This document shows positions 51,014 to 63,674 of a DNA stretch of 64,000 bases, in pieces. Both the position numbers and the translations under genes were made by a program. Position 1 is the first letter of the stretch. The number at the start of each line of letters is the position of its first letter. Location: NCBI GenBank assembly GCA_008632985.1, contig QPGO01000048.1, forward strand, positions 62,001 to 126,000. Direction: 5' to 3'. Below the pieces are notes generated by a model. That model was not told the origin of the DNA. It did no database searches and worked only from the letters and a program-made list of their open reading frames with translations. This DNA comes from Psammoneis japonica (taxonomy: Eukaryota).

Positions 51014-52057
51014 ATGACACGCGTTTTCTCGTTAGCCGTTGCAGTGCTCTCTGCACCTTCCTTTGTTGTGGGCTTGAGCGCTGGAGATACTAAGCTTGCG
51101 AAGGCACGACTTTTGGAGGCGCTTGCTCCGCCGTCGGGAAAGCTGAGTCTATGCCCGGAAATCATCATTCCTGAGCCATCAGACCCTACGGCTCTCCTCT
51201 TGCAAGCCACTGCTGTCAATGCAATGTCGGAAAAAATAAGGTCGAACGCAAAGGCAAATGCTGCATGGATATCTGGAACAATTAACTCCCTGAAAACGTT
51301 TTGCTCAGAGCAGGAGACGGCTCGTGGAGGCTTTCCAAGCCCTTTGCCTGTCGTTTACTGTCCTCTCAAGGAATGCAGTGTGGATGAATTGGAGGACATT
51401 TCGGACGCAGGTGCCTCGGGCGTTATGTTGACTGTTAAGATGGATGAAATATCCTCCGATGAGGTATTTTCTGCAACTGTGAAATCACTTCTCCAGCAAG
51501 GATTGAATCCCATACCCGAAGTTGTGCTGGAAGAGACGAGCGCAGCTTCCTTTACAGAAGACGACGTAACGTCCCTCGTGAGCACATTAGAAGAGATCAT
51601 TGGTTCCGAGCCTGCTTCAGTTCTTCTCACTGTTAGATCTGAAAATGAAGAAGAAGAGCACGTTTCTTTGCCTAGTGTGCCGAATGCTTTGGGAAAGAGG
51701 GTACCAATCCTCGGGAGCGTCGCTGTTAATGCCGGTGAAAACAGGATAAGTCAAGAGACAGCTCGATTGAAGGAGGCTGGATTTACTGGAGCGGTGCTAC
51801 GAGCCGATTGTCTGCCTGGCTTTAGAATGAATCCCGACTTGGAAGCTGTCGGGGGATTCTGGAGCGCCTGTATTGGCGACCTGAAAAGCACACGAAGCAA
51901 AAGCTTTAGCTTCCGCGCTGCAAACAATATGGAAAAAAGCGTTCCTTTGGAATGGGCAAAGTACCAGAATGATGTTGTGGACTCTGGAGCTCTTGGAGAT
52001 ATGAACGACAACTTTTCTGAGGTTGATTCGTCGTCTGGAGAATACAAAGGTTTCTGA
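51014..52057 (+). CDS. Hypothetical protein with signal peptide, possibly a degenerate TIM-barrel and plastid-targeted
   Basis: Intronless ORF with a hydrophobic N-terminus and alternating beta/alpha-like segments (DAGASGVML, EAGFTGAVL). Confidence 0.7.
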   Translation: MTRVFSLAVAVLSAPSFVVGLSAGDTKLAKARLLEALAPPSGKLSLCPEIIIPEPSDPTALLLQATAVNAMSEKIRSNAKANAAWISGTINSLKTFCSEQETARGGFPSPLPVVYCPLKECSVDELEDISDAGASGVMLTVKMDEISSDEVFSATVKSLLQQGLNPIPEVVLEETSAASFTEDDVTSLVSTLEEIIGSEPASVLLTVRSENEEEEHVSLPSVPNALGKRVPILGSVAVNAGENRISQETARLKEAGFTGAVLRADCLPGFRMNPDLEAVGGFWSACIGDLKSTRSKSFSFRAANNMEKSVPLEWAKYQNDVVDSGALGDMNDNFSEVDSSSGEYKGF

Positions 52058-52135
52058 ATACTCGACATAAACAAACAGTGCTACCCCTTGCATATACAGT
52101 ACGTAAAGAACGCACTACTTAACGTTCTAGTTTCA

Positions 52136-53455
52136 CTACGCTTCTAAATGCTTGATGCAGGCGGCAAGAGTTGGGCCAGCGGGAGACTCAACTTTCGTAA
52201 CCTCCAGGCCATCTAACTCCGCTCGCGTTTCGCCTACGTTCAGAATAGCGATCGGAATTCCTTTAGACGCCGCAGCACGAACAAATCTGAAGGCAGAATG
52301 CACTGCCAAAGATGATCCGACACAAAGGAGACCATCACAAGCTTCAACTGCTGCCATGCACCTATTCACTCGGTGCCTTGGAACGCTATCTCCAAAGAAC
52401 ACCACATCTGGTTTCATAAATCCGCCACATTTTTGACACTGCGGTATCATCACGTCGTCATAGTTATCCCGAGCCACGTATCCATCCCCATCTGGTCTTA
52501 GGTCGCTGGCCTTGCGCTCGCTCATCACTTGCGCAAGCCAGTCGCGGTTCATGCTTTCAAGAGCCTCGTGAAAATCTCCTCGCGATCTGCGATCCGCACG
52601 GGTGTCGCAAGATTTTCAGTCGCGATTTTCCAAGCCACACATATGGTTTGGTCAAGCCTCACGTTCCCTTATTTGTAACTTACCTAGTTGTCCCACAGTT
52701 CATGCATTTCAGACGATTAGTTCTCCCATGAAGCTCTGTAACGTGTTTCATACCAGCTCGGTGGTGCAATCCGTCGACATTCTGGGTAATTACAGAAAGC
52801 TGCTGGGTTCCAGCACTAACAGCCCAATCCATTTCATTCTCTGGTCCATAAAACCCCTGTTTGTCGTCGAACAAGACACCAATTTTCCCTATTCGTTCCA
52901 AGTCTGCCAAGGCGTGATGACCGGCCTGCGGAAGCCACAAGTGAACTGTAAGTAGGTGCATTCTCTTTCTTGCGTGCGTGCGGATCGCCTACTCACATTC
53001 GGTACCGAGGCGTTAAAATCTCGCCAACCAACCATCGAACGACCCCAATACCTTTTCCTCTGGGCTTCACTATTCATGAACTGGTCGTGAATCATGGGTT
53101 TGTGTCCGTTGTGGTACGATCCCTTGTGGCCTCTATAATCTGGTATCCCGCTCTCGGTCGAAAGCCCAGCCCCAGTCAATCCTAAAACACTTTTCTTCCC
53201 ATCAAACCAGTCGAGAAGCTAGAATGCAAAGACTCCTTGTGAGATGGGGAAGAAGCGGAGTACAGATTTCGTCGGGGTAGAGGATCGTTCGATGACAAAA
53301 CATACCTCGGCGACATTCTCCTGTATTCCTTCAGGCGTCAAAAAATTCTGGGGATCCGGAGGTCGTTCTGTCACGTCATGAATCCCAAGCGTTGCAGTAG
53401 CACTTTGTCGACGTGGCACAACCCTGAGATTGATACGACCGTGGATGTTCACCAT
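52136..53455 (-). CDS. SIRT4: NAD-dependent sirtuin, class II (SIRT4-like); multi-exon
   Basis: [76 protein letters not shown]. Confidence 0.92.
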
Positions 53456-53985
53456 ACCTGTTCTTGATTTCTTGGCACCTGGGATCAACAGGAACGATGA
53501 TTCTATCAGAGCTACTACGATTTTCATGCGATTCTGATGTAGATTTTGTTTGGGTTGATCAAGAATCTTTTGCTGTACGTCCACGAACAACAATCACTGT
53601 GGCTCGGTTGTCGACGCTGGTATCATATATGAGAGAGAGGAGAGCAGCGCCTATGGATAGAAATGAGTTCCTTTCGTTCGCGTCATTTTTGCGTCGTCGT
53701 TCCTTCATTTCGCTCGACTTGTTGGACATAATTCATAATGTATATTTTAATTGATGCATAAAAAATTTGATGTTGACGTCAGAAAACGGCCGCGGTAAGT
53801 TGCCAGTCGAGCGAGTCATTCCGTCCTTCCATCAAAAGCCAAAATTGATGAATGGCGGCCATGGCGGCATGACACATGACAACGGCGAACGGCGAGATAG
53901 ACGTCAAGACTCAAGACTCGTACCATAGAGGTTGACATTGGTCCATAGAGGTTAACATTGCTCAATTGATTTATCGGGAACCATC

Positions 53986-55347
53986 ATGTCGCCCGTTCGA
54001 ATGTCTGCTGTGCAACAGGCAATCAGCAGAGGCAAAGTTCGTGGTGTTCGGAATGTCAGACACCGCCGACTGCCATCAGGATGTCGAGCATTTACTAGCG
54101 GGAAAGAATCAGATCAACTTTATCGCCTGTGTTCGTCAGCGTCTAGTTTGGGACTCATCTCAGAGTTCGTTGCACCTAGGCTTGCATCAATTCGACAACT
54201 CCCGGAGGTGGAGTCTTCATTGAACACTACAGATACGACATCCTCGAGTGCCTTGCAAGGGATTGAACGCGCCGTTCAGGTGTTTGAAATGATGAACAAG
54301 GGAGGACCGGAGCACCTGGCTGTCTTGGCCTTGCTTGCACAGTTTCAACAAACTGCGGGACGCTATACCGCGGCATTTAGCACTCTCGACAAGCTCAGTC
54401 AGCTCACAAGCGGATCTGCGAATCTTGACTTACAAGAGGCGCAAGCCAAGGTTCTCTGGTATGAGGGGGATTTTGCGGCGTCATTAGAGAAATGCAAACA
54501 CATTGCGGACAAGGATGGTTGTCCAGCACTTCGACAAGCTTGCGCTCTGAATGGCATGGGCGTATCGAGCTTGCTCGCGCTACCTGCAGAAGACATTCAC
54601 GAAGCTGACGCTGTTAGAGAACTGCTGCAGGTTGCATGTAAAACTGCAGAGAATGCCTACCGGGAGACTCCCTTGTCGGTTGAGTTGGGCTTAGCCGGAT
54701 CCGCTTGCTACGGTAATCTGGGAGTTGCTCAGTTTCTCTATTCTGATATATTGTCAAAGAAGGTCCCTGATATGCCGGTGCCAAAATACGCAGCTCTTCA
54801 GGCATGGCGTGATGGCCTCAACTTGTTAGAGGAGGTTGAGTCTTTTCCAACTCTGTCGGAGCGACGCTTTTCTTTGTTGAACTTGATGCGGGCTCGCCTG
54901 CATGCCAACATGGCATGGGCGCTTCTTCAAGATGACGATGACGAAAACAATCTCTCAATCGCATCGGAGTACGCACGAGAAGCGCTATCCACCTATGAGG
55001 ATCACAGTGGCTTGTCTGAATCAGCTAAACAAGCCTGTCTGGGGCGCGCATTGACGCTTGTGGCAATGTGTTATCACAAGACGGATTCGGCGGTAACAGC
55101 TGAGGGACTTTTCCAGACAGCAGTTGATTCGTTGGGCCGCGGTGTGGGGCCATTAGAAATGATGGACTTGCGACATGCGTGTGCCCAGTATGCTTCATTG
55201 TGTATGCAATGGGAAAAGCGCGAAGGAGACTCTCTTGCGCTGGAGAAGCGAAGCAAAGAAGTTAACAACTCCTTGGCGGAAAGCTGGAGAGGAAAATCGG
55301 AAGTATTCAGTGGACTATGGTTTTTTACCACCGGTGACTTCTCATGA
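53986..55347 (+). CDS. TPR-like helical protein with mitochondrial-type presequence
   Basis: 453-aa ORF with an Arg-rich N-terminus and TPR-like segments (ACALNGMG, ACYGNLG, LHANMAW, TAEGLFQTA). Confidence 0.75.
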   Translation: MSPVRMSAVQQAISRGKVRGVRNVRHRRLPSGCRAFTSGKESDQLYRLCSSASSLGLISEFVAPRLASIRQLPEVESSLNTTDTTSSSALQGIERAVQVFEMMNKGGPEHLAVLALLAQFQQTAGRYTAAFSTLDKLSQLTSGSANLDLQEAQAKVLWYEGDFAASLEKCKHIADKDGCPALRQACALNGMGVSSLLALPAEDIHEADAVRELLQVACKTAENAYRETPLSVELGLAGSACYGNLGVAQFLYSDILSKKVPDMPVPKYAALQAWRDGLNLLEEVESFPTLSERRFSLLNLMRARLHANMAWALLQDDDDENNLSIASEYAREALSTYEDHSGLSESAKQACLGRALTLVAMCYHKTDSAVTAEGLFQTAVDSLGRGVGPLEMMDLRHACAQYASLCMQWEKREGDSLALEKRSKEVNNSLAESWRGKSEVFSGLWFFTTGDFS

Positions 55348-55909
55348 GAAAGGCCTGCTGTAGACTACTTGATCTGTCCCGGACTCATGCATGTTGCATG
55401 CGCTGCTTAACGATGTATCGTCCACGAAGCCAGAAAATTCTACGAAAATCTCAACTCAAATACAAATATAACGGGTAGTAATTGAGTAGCAAGCAAAAAT
55501 ATTTTGTCATCAATGGCCTTGGCCTGCTTGGTGCATGGCGAGTTTGCATGTTTGGTTTCTGATTGTTTCCTGTTCCGCACGTTCACATACCCGTAGCAAC
55601 GCGCGTCGCCCAATTTCACTCTCGCTGAACGAATGAACTACCCGGAGCAACGCAAGTCGCCCAATTTCACTCTCGCTACCAGATATGAACGAATGAACTT
55701 CCGCGCCGTTTGAACAAGGAGAAACTACCCTTCTTACCTCACAACAAGCAACACTGGCATGCAAAAACGAGTAAGTACGTTATGCACCAGTGCGTATTTT
55801 TGTCGGAGGGAACTTTTTGAAAAAATAATGAACTAATGCGTATATTATATCCGCGTCGAATATATTTATTCGCATAACATTCTGGAGTTCTTACTTTGAC
55901 AACCTCACG

Positions 55910-57222
55910 ATGATGGCATCTGCGAGTGGCTCAATCTTCGGACTGTTCTTTCTGTTACAGACTGCTTTCTTGTTTTTAGTTTGCAGAGTTCATTGTTACA
56001 CACCCGGCTTAGGGCGGAAAGAAGTTGCTGGGATTTGGCGACTGTCGTCGAAACCATCGTTCTTACCGCGCCTGTCGATTCTTAGTACAGAAGACCAGAA
56101 TGTTGAGGATGAGGAACAGATATTGCTCAGCTTGAAGGAAGACGGCTCGTTCGTTCAGCACGATGCAATGAATGAAAGGGGTACAGAAACAAGAATGACC
56201 ACCACTCTCACTGGCGTGTGGGATTACAACGACGGAGAGCTTGTTTTGGCAATTGACCGGCCTCCACACAACAAAGTCCTGCAGGCGAACGACACAATCA
56301 TTATTGGGACGATTGAAACACAGTCCAGGAGCAGTCTTCTCAATAAAAGAGAGAGGATGAAGAATGAAAGTGACGTTTATCTTTCCGTTCCAACGGGGCA
56401 GCTTTCAATCGGGAAGTTCACATACCCAAAGCACCATCCATCCTTCTTTGAACAACCCATTTTCCAGCCACAATACAGAGGCACCGTAAAACTTCAGCAG
56501 GTATTGGGAGTCCTTAATACACAGCGATCGAGATCGTCAAAGAACAAGGAAAAGCAAGCAGCCGCGTTTCACAAAACAGATTTTTACGGAAAGAAGTTCT
56601 TACTCACTAGCACTCCGGTGCAACCAGCACGCAAGTCATCAGGGCTCACCTGGAACAGAAAAGAAGGAAAATACATATCGGAGAAACTCGATGAAGGTTC
56701 TTTGCCGCCAGTCGACATTCGAGTCATGTCCATCGAGTTCTTCGCGAACAACACTTTCGCCGCATACGGATCGAACAAGATACTACGAGGGCGGTTTGGT
56801 ATCACTTCTGACAAAAGAGATCACCTTTGGTTTCAAGTGTCTTTGTTTGGTGCTGGCAGAACCGCACCTGGCTCAGTTTACAGGTGAGTCATCTGTTTTA
56901 GTCGGATTTGAATGCGGCGGCGGATTGTATGTTATTCACACTCACTATCGCAATGCTTTTAAGTGAAGGGAACGGTCTCACACACGACGATAGGCGTTCG
57001 TACATGGGTACCATAAGTCACAAAGAAAAAGCAGGAGGTGGGCCCCGCAACTCAAAGAAGGTCCTGTTTGTGGAAGGTAGTGCGGTAGTAGGTTCAGATT
57101 TGGGATCAGATGCTAGACCTGAGCCAGTTGCACATTTCACGATGAGAGAGGTAGAAAGTTTGTCACAAAGGGATGATGTCAGAGACGATAATCCTGACTC
57201 TTTTGAGAGTGTATTTGAGTGA
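55910..57222 (+). CDS. Hypothetical protein with signal peptide; 2 exons
   Basis: 325-aa ORF, then a GT-AG intron (~56884-56962), then an in-frame exon EGNGLTHDDRRSY. Confidence 0.75.
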
Positions 57223-57855
57223 ACCGTTCTAGCTGGCGGCACCACTATGGCTGATCTCTTCCTTGCTTGACACCTTCTACAGTTCCGTAACCAGTCGATT
57301 TGCACGCAAAGCCCCTCTCGATTTCATCTTGATGCGGTGATATCAGAAAGCTCCATATAGGCTCCATAGATCTCTAATCTCTTTGTTGCAACTATTAACA
57401 TACCTTGAACCTGGTAATACATTCTCACCCTCCGTTGAACGTGGGTGAGAATCGTTCTTTCGAAACTTTGACTTTGCCCTTGCGTTGAAACTACTTCCGA
57501 AGGTTCCCGCAGTCCTTTCGTATGGATGAGATCAAGTGCTAGGACTATCTTCTAGTCCGAGCCAACCTTTCTAGTAGAGTAGAGAGCTACTCTAGCTACC
57601 GTACAGTAAAGTAGAGAGGAGACGAGATAGAGGATAGAGGAGTGAGTCACGTCATCAATCGTCGTTTTCCGCCATTTTTCAGTCACGTTCGTGACCGTAT
57701 CTTTTCAAGCCAATCTCCAAATCCACCAACACTCGTACACTACACCGACCGCCGCAGGCCGCAGGTTGTTTCGCCTAACCAACAAAAAACACCACCAACA
57801 AGTCCATTGCATCCGATTCCATACTGTGAGCAGGAGAGGATCGGCGCTGCGTCGA

Positions 57856-59361
57856 ATGACACTCGGAGTGACAACCACAACTCTTCGTCAGGTTTCTCCG
57901 CTTATTGCGAGAGCATCGCTTCATCGAAAGATTTGGTGTTGCTTGCCTTGGGTTGCGATTTGTGGCTCACCTAATTTCTTCGACGCTCTGGCATTCTCGC
58001 CGCCCTCCGTATTTCGTCCTTTTGGATCTGTTCCACCACCGTTTCACATCAACATGGCGAGGAAACGCGCCGTGCATCACGAGGCGGCAGTTGAAGCCAC
58101 AGAAGAAAATGAGAACGGGTCTCCATCCAAGCGAAGCAAGCCAACGCGCAAGTCCCCTAAGAAAAAGAAAGCGGCTGTATCGGCGAAGAAAGAAGCGGAA
58201 ACAAAGGAGGAGAGTCCCAAGAAGAAACCCAAGAAATCAGATCACCAGCGCCTCACGCAGAGAGATGAGCTACCCAAACTATGGGACGCAGACGTATCAA
58301 ACAAGGGGAACGGATCGTACAGTTGAGTGGAGTACTTATCGTTATACTCGTTGAATCTTTTGCTTATTATTACTTACACTGTCTTGTCTGTATTAGCTTT
58401 CAAGATCATGTCTTGGAATGTTGCCGGACTTCGGGCATTGATGCGAAACCACCCGAATGCTCTGGCCGATCTAGCGAAAAAGCACGACTTTGACGTCATT
58501 TGCTTGCAGGAGACAAAGCTGCAGGAGGTTCACGTCACTGATCCAAAGCTCAAGCTCAAGGGTCACTTGCTGGAAGAAGAAGGATACGACTCATATTACT
58601 CTTGCTCTACAGCGAAAAAGGGATACTCTGGAGTAGCAGTTTTCGTTCGGAATCACGGCGGGAAGAAAAAGCAGGCGACGATTGGTAGCTACTTTGGTAA
58701 AAAGACCGAGGATTCCAATAGTAGCCAGGCCACCAAAGAGAAACAATCGGCCGCAGGTGACTTTGACGCATCTCTTCTCACACCGGAAAATATTACTTAT
58801 CAGTTGGGAAAAGATGAACATGACACAGAAGGTCGTATCATCACGGTGGATTTTCCACGGTTTTCCTTGTCCAATCTCTACGTCCCCAACTCGGGCCAAA
58901 AACTGGAAAGGCTAGAATATCGAACTAAAAACTGGGACACCGACCTTCTCAAGTTTATGCAGCAAAAGCAACGCGATCGAGGTGTGCCAGTTCTTTGGCT
59001 GGGAGATCTCAATGTAGCACACACCGCCATGGAGACATGGAACGAAGGCGCGAAACATCTTGCAAAAAGCGCTGGAACGACAGCTGAGGAGCGTCAATCC
59101 TTTCAGCGTCAGTTAGATGCGGGGTTTGTCGATGCGTTTCGTCGTTTGCACCCAACTGCGCAAGGCCAGTACACGTATTGGAGTCAACGTGCCGGAAACC
59201 GCGAACCCAACAAAGGGCTTCGACTTGACTACTTCATCTGCAGCCCTTCTCTTTTTGATGATGATAGCAATGCTGTCGTACGAGACTGCTGGATGTTGCA
59301 CGACCAAATCGGATCAGACCACTGTCCCATTGTTTTAGAAATTGAGATTAAGTCGAATTAG
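57856..59361 (+). CDS. APE1: AP endonuclease / exonuclease III (APE1/ARP family); intron 58322-58396; alternative start at 58054
   Basis: SWNVAGLR, CLQETK, GYSGVA, EGRIIT, LYVPNSG, GDLNVAH, YTYWS, GLRLDYF, GSDHCPI. Confidence 0.93.
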
Positions 59362-60054
59362 ATGAAGGTTGAAACAGTCTCAGATCCACTACTCGTAAGT
59401 TACAATATTGCTCAGATCTTGGCTCAGATCCTGGTGATGATGCGCACACGAAACAACAGCCTAAATCTATCCGCCCTCAAACTCACGCTCCGCCGCCGCA
59501 CCACGCACCGCGGTGCACGCACCCACCCCGTGAAAGAGGTGCATTATTATAGTAGCCGTAGGCCCGGTACATTGTCTGTTCTTCAACCCACTACGGTAAA
59601 TACATACGACGACTTACGTAAGATCCCAGGCGCGGACAGACTTTCTTTCCGAAGCGGTGGATTTTTTGGTTTGGAGATGACAGATGATGGATGCGCCGAC
59701 CCACAATCCGCCTTGTTTGAGCTATTCTCCATCGTTTTCGTTCATTGAAGACACGTATGTTACTTTTGGGAGATCGTATTATTAGCTGAGGTCCTTGGTT
59801 TGGCGAGAAACGGAGTTGTCGTTGTGTAGAAAGCAAGTTTTTCTGTTGCCATTTCTGAGCAACAAAACCCACAATCCGATGTTTATTCGTTCATTTCACC
59901 TCCTCTGTTCAATACCATTGCTTGCATTCAATTAACATAGTTAAAGAAGGTATCCCATTTCTTGGGTATGATGTGGGTGGGGGCTGTGGCGAGAAACATC
60001 TTTCTCTCGTATTGGACAAGAAACACCAAAAAACATGGAATTGACACGATCCAT

Positions 60055-61100
60055 AATCCGACGTTTATCCGTTTTCTGTACCTCCTCTGTTCAATACCAT
60101 TGCTTGTATCGACTCAACATAGTCACGAAAGGTATCCCATGTCTTGTGTATGCTGTGTGTTTGACCTGAGGGGAGAAACATCGGTCGCACTCGTGCGGTC
60201 TAGTGTCGGTAGTTCGTGACTACGCCGACCCATACTTTGATGTTTGTTCGTTCATTTCGTCTCTTTACTCAAACTTCTTTGATTGAACCTTTGATTTATA
60301 GGTACAAAAACAGTATACTCTCTTGGATTTGCTTTCAGTGCGAGCTGTGAAGAGCAAGGATCATTCATGCCAACGACGACATGCACCGACGCCTCTTCTC
60401 ACTTTCCGAGTTCCGAGAATGCATTTTTCCCGTTTGTCTAATCTATTGGACACTAATCGAGTCATAAAATAGAGTGGTGATACTGTGCGAATTCTTCTAT
60501 TATCTGAAGCTATTGTTTCCTCGTTTTCATTGGCAGCATCATGCTCCTCGGCTGTCGTGTGCTCGTGAGTCGAATGAAGACTGGAATTCTCATTTTGTCC
60601 AATATCAGCGCCTTCACTAGAAGAATCATGAGTAGAGGAGTTGCTTGACGAGCTGCAAGTACTTTTGATTTCGATATTGACGAAATAACCCCGATTCTTT
60701 TTGTCAGTACTAGCACTCGTACGAACGGCATCGGTGCTTTCCTCGGTGGACGTGTCAACAACGGCCTTTGCTTGGCATTTCTTGGTGGGTCTATTGCACT
60801 TCAATTGAAAGCAAATCCAAGAGTAGAAAGTCGTTTTGTATCTATAAAGTAAATATTCGATCAAAGAAGTGTGAGTAAAGACACGAAATGAACGAAAAAC
60901 AAACAAAGTATGGGTCAGCGATAATCACAAATGGCTGACACGAGACCACACGAGTGCGACCGATATTTCTCTCCTCAGATAAAACACACAGCATACACAA
61001 GACATGGGATACCTTTCGTGACTATGTTGAGTCGATACAAGCAATGGGCGTCAACAGAGGAGGCGACGCGAACGAATAAACATCAGAGTATGGGTTCTTG
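60055..61100. repeat. Long imperfect inverted repeat (arms ~60055-60337 and ~60805-61100), with diverged direct copies of the left arm upstream (~59700-60050)
   Basis: ccattgcttgtatcgactcaacatagtcacgaaaggtatcccatgtcttgtgtatgctgtgtg at ~60097 has an exact reverse complement at ~60985-61047. Confidence 0.9.
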
Positions 61101-61646
61101 ACAACAACCGAATGTGGGTGAGTCAGTGAAATGAAAAAAACACCAATCAAATCGAAACTTTGAGGAGGAATCGCCACGCAGTGTCCTTCTATTGGGGGTA
61201 AGAGAGACTATTATACCCCGATTCCTCCTCAATTGTCAACATTGACGACCTCGGAACAGTACATTCATCATGGTCGACGGCTTTTTTTCCCCGCACAAAA
61301 AGCACGGAGAATGCGGATGACGGACAAGCAAAAAGCAAAAATATTTAGTCGATTTATTCGAGCTGTAATGCAACTTTCACGTAGAACTTTCACGGAGTGC
61401 ACCACGCACCATCACCGCCGCCTGCCCCGCGTCAGTGGAGTGGTCGTGGTCGTCAGTGACAGAAAGCTGGAGGCAATGTTGCAGCTCTAACTACTAGACC
61501 AAGGCTCCAAGGCTACTCTAGACGTATCGGTACGAAAGAGAAGCCCTACATTGAACTAAAGTACCCAAATATCGCATAAAAGACAAGCGAAAGAGAAAGT
61601 GAATCGCACAGAGATATCCTTGTGAACGAGTTTTGCAGGACAAAAC

Positions 61647-63564
61647 ATGCTGTTGAAGAGGCTCCCGATACCATGTCTGTGCATTAGTTATTGTGTGACG
61701 GACGCTTTCGTATCGTCCCCTAGACGGCGTTTGCCGTCGGTGGGATCTTCTTCTTTCGTATGCTCGTTGCAGCGAGGAATCAATTCCAATAACGCCCCCA
61801 GGACCTCATCAAGTTTACATATGATGTTTGATCAACTCGCATCAGCGATATCTGATGTGGCAAAGAACCTCGGACCAAAGAAGCGGTGAGTTTGTTATGA
61901 TGAAGTATGCCCTTTATACTTCGAGTGCTTGAGTATCCGTGAAGTCGTTCTCATTCGACATCTTTCTTTGAATTAAGGATGACTGAAGGCAGCATCAAAC
62001 CAGCCTTGAGAGACGTCCGTCGAGCGCTGTTGGACGCAGATGTTAATATAGCCGTTGCTGACGCTCTAATTGAGGGAGTCAAAACTCGCAGTTTAGGAAA
62101 GGAAGTGACAAAGGGAGTGACTGCGGATCAACAGTTTATTAAAGCTATGTATGATGAGCTTCTCGATATGATGGGTGGCGATTCGACCTCCAAAGCAGAA
62201 GATTCTGAAACTGGACGCAGTGCTCCTGTGGCAACTCTGGCGGCAGGTACACCTAGCGATCCTGCCGTTGTACTGCTTGCGGGTCTGCAAGGTGCTGGTA
62301 AGACTACAGCAGCTGGCAAATTGGCACTTTACTTGAAAGAGCGGGAAGTTGATTATGACGCTGTCAATGCCATGGACGAGGAAACCTCATCGCAAATGTT
62401 GTCAACTCGTCTCCCTAAAAGAGAAAGAAAGGTCTTATTGGCCGCCGCTGATGTCTATCGCCCTGCAGCAATTAAACAGCTTCAAGTTTTAGGCGAAAGC
62501 ATTGGAGTGGAAGTGTTTAGTATGGGGTCTGAAGCTGATCCTGTGGACATTGCAGCTGCCGCTCTCGACAAAGCAAAGACAGAAGGATACGACACCGTGT
62601 TGGTAGATACTGCTGGCCGGCAGGTAATTGACGAAGACTTGATGAGCGAACTAAAGCGTATTAAGGAAGCAGGTGAGGTCTTTTGATGTTTGCGAATAAC
62701 CGGACTTACAGCATCTTCTCACTGCTAGAAATTGCTCCTTTCGAATCAGTGAATCCGGCGGAAACGCTTCTCGTGGTCGACGCAATGACAGGTCAGGAAG
62801 CTGCGTCTTTGACCGCTTCTTTCGATGCTGCAGTGGGAATCTCTGGTGCGATATTGACAAAGTTAGATGGAGATTCCCGTGGTGGTGCAGCTGTGAGCGT
62901 ACGCGGTGTTAGCGGAAAGCCAATCAAGTTTGTCGGAACAGGTGAGAAGACACCTGACTTAGAACCCTTTTACCCTGATCGAATGGCATCGCGAATTTTG
63001 GGTATGGGGGACGTTGTGAGTCTGGTGGAAAAGGCTGCTGCCGAAGTTTCTGATGCAGAAGCGCTTAAAATGCAGCAGAAGATGATGGAAGCAAAGTTTG
63101 ATTTTGATGACTTTTTGAAACAGTCGAGTCTAGTTTCCAAGATGGGGAATATTGCGAGCGTGGCAAAAATGATTCCTGGTTTATCTGGCCAAGTTGATAA
63201 CGCTCAAATGCGCAATGTGGAAATTAGGTTGAAAAAGAACAAGGCAATGATTTGCAGTATGACCAAGAAGGAACGCGCGAACCCAGAGCTCCTTATAACC
63301 GATGCAACGGCCAGGTCTCGCATAACGCGAATCACAAAGGGATCAGGCTGCACTTTTGAAGAAGGGCTTGGGTTTATGAGTGAATTTCAAAAAATGAGGA
63401 CTATGATGAGTCGCATGCAGAAGCAGATGGCTGGCTCAGAAGGAGATCCGGCAATGGCTGGAGCAGATGGCTCTGCCGCACCCGAAATAGGCAATCGTGC
63501 GATGCGTCGAATGGCTAAGAAGAAAAAGAAAGGGGGGCGTCGAGGTGGTGGTGGATTTGGATGA
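61647..63564 (+). CDS. cpSRP54: Chloroplast signal recognition particle 54 kDa subunit; 3 exons
   Basis: Bipartite presequence (TDAFVSS); MFDQL, VRRALLDADVN, GLQGAGKTT, DVYRPAAI, DTAGR, TKLDGDSRGG, FYPDRMASRILGMGD, ICSMTKKER. Confidence 0.95.
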
Positions 63565-63674
63565 AGCCTTGGAAGAACAATATTTTAAGCCTTTAGGCAT
63601 CCTCTATCTATTCTTTAGTAGAGATGCGATGGAACTACCTGGTATGAAGCATTGTTTAGCGGCGGTGTGCGTCT

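Noticed and set aside
55595..55700. Short intergenic duplication (~52 bp), plus a 20-bp duplication at ~53923-53960
   Set aside because: Two-copy local slippage with no further structure.
3593..59361. RECQL4, CABIN1, SIRT4 and APE1 as a functional gene cluster behind the mutator
   Set aside because: They are conserved housekeeping genes dispersed among unrelated ones, with no evidence of functional linkage.
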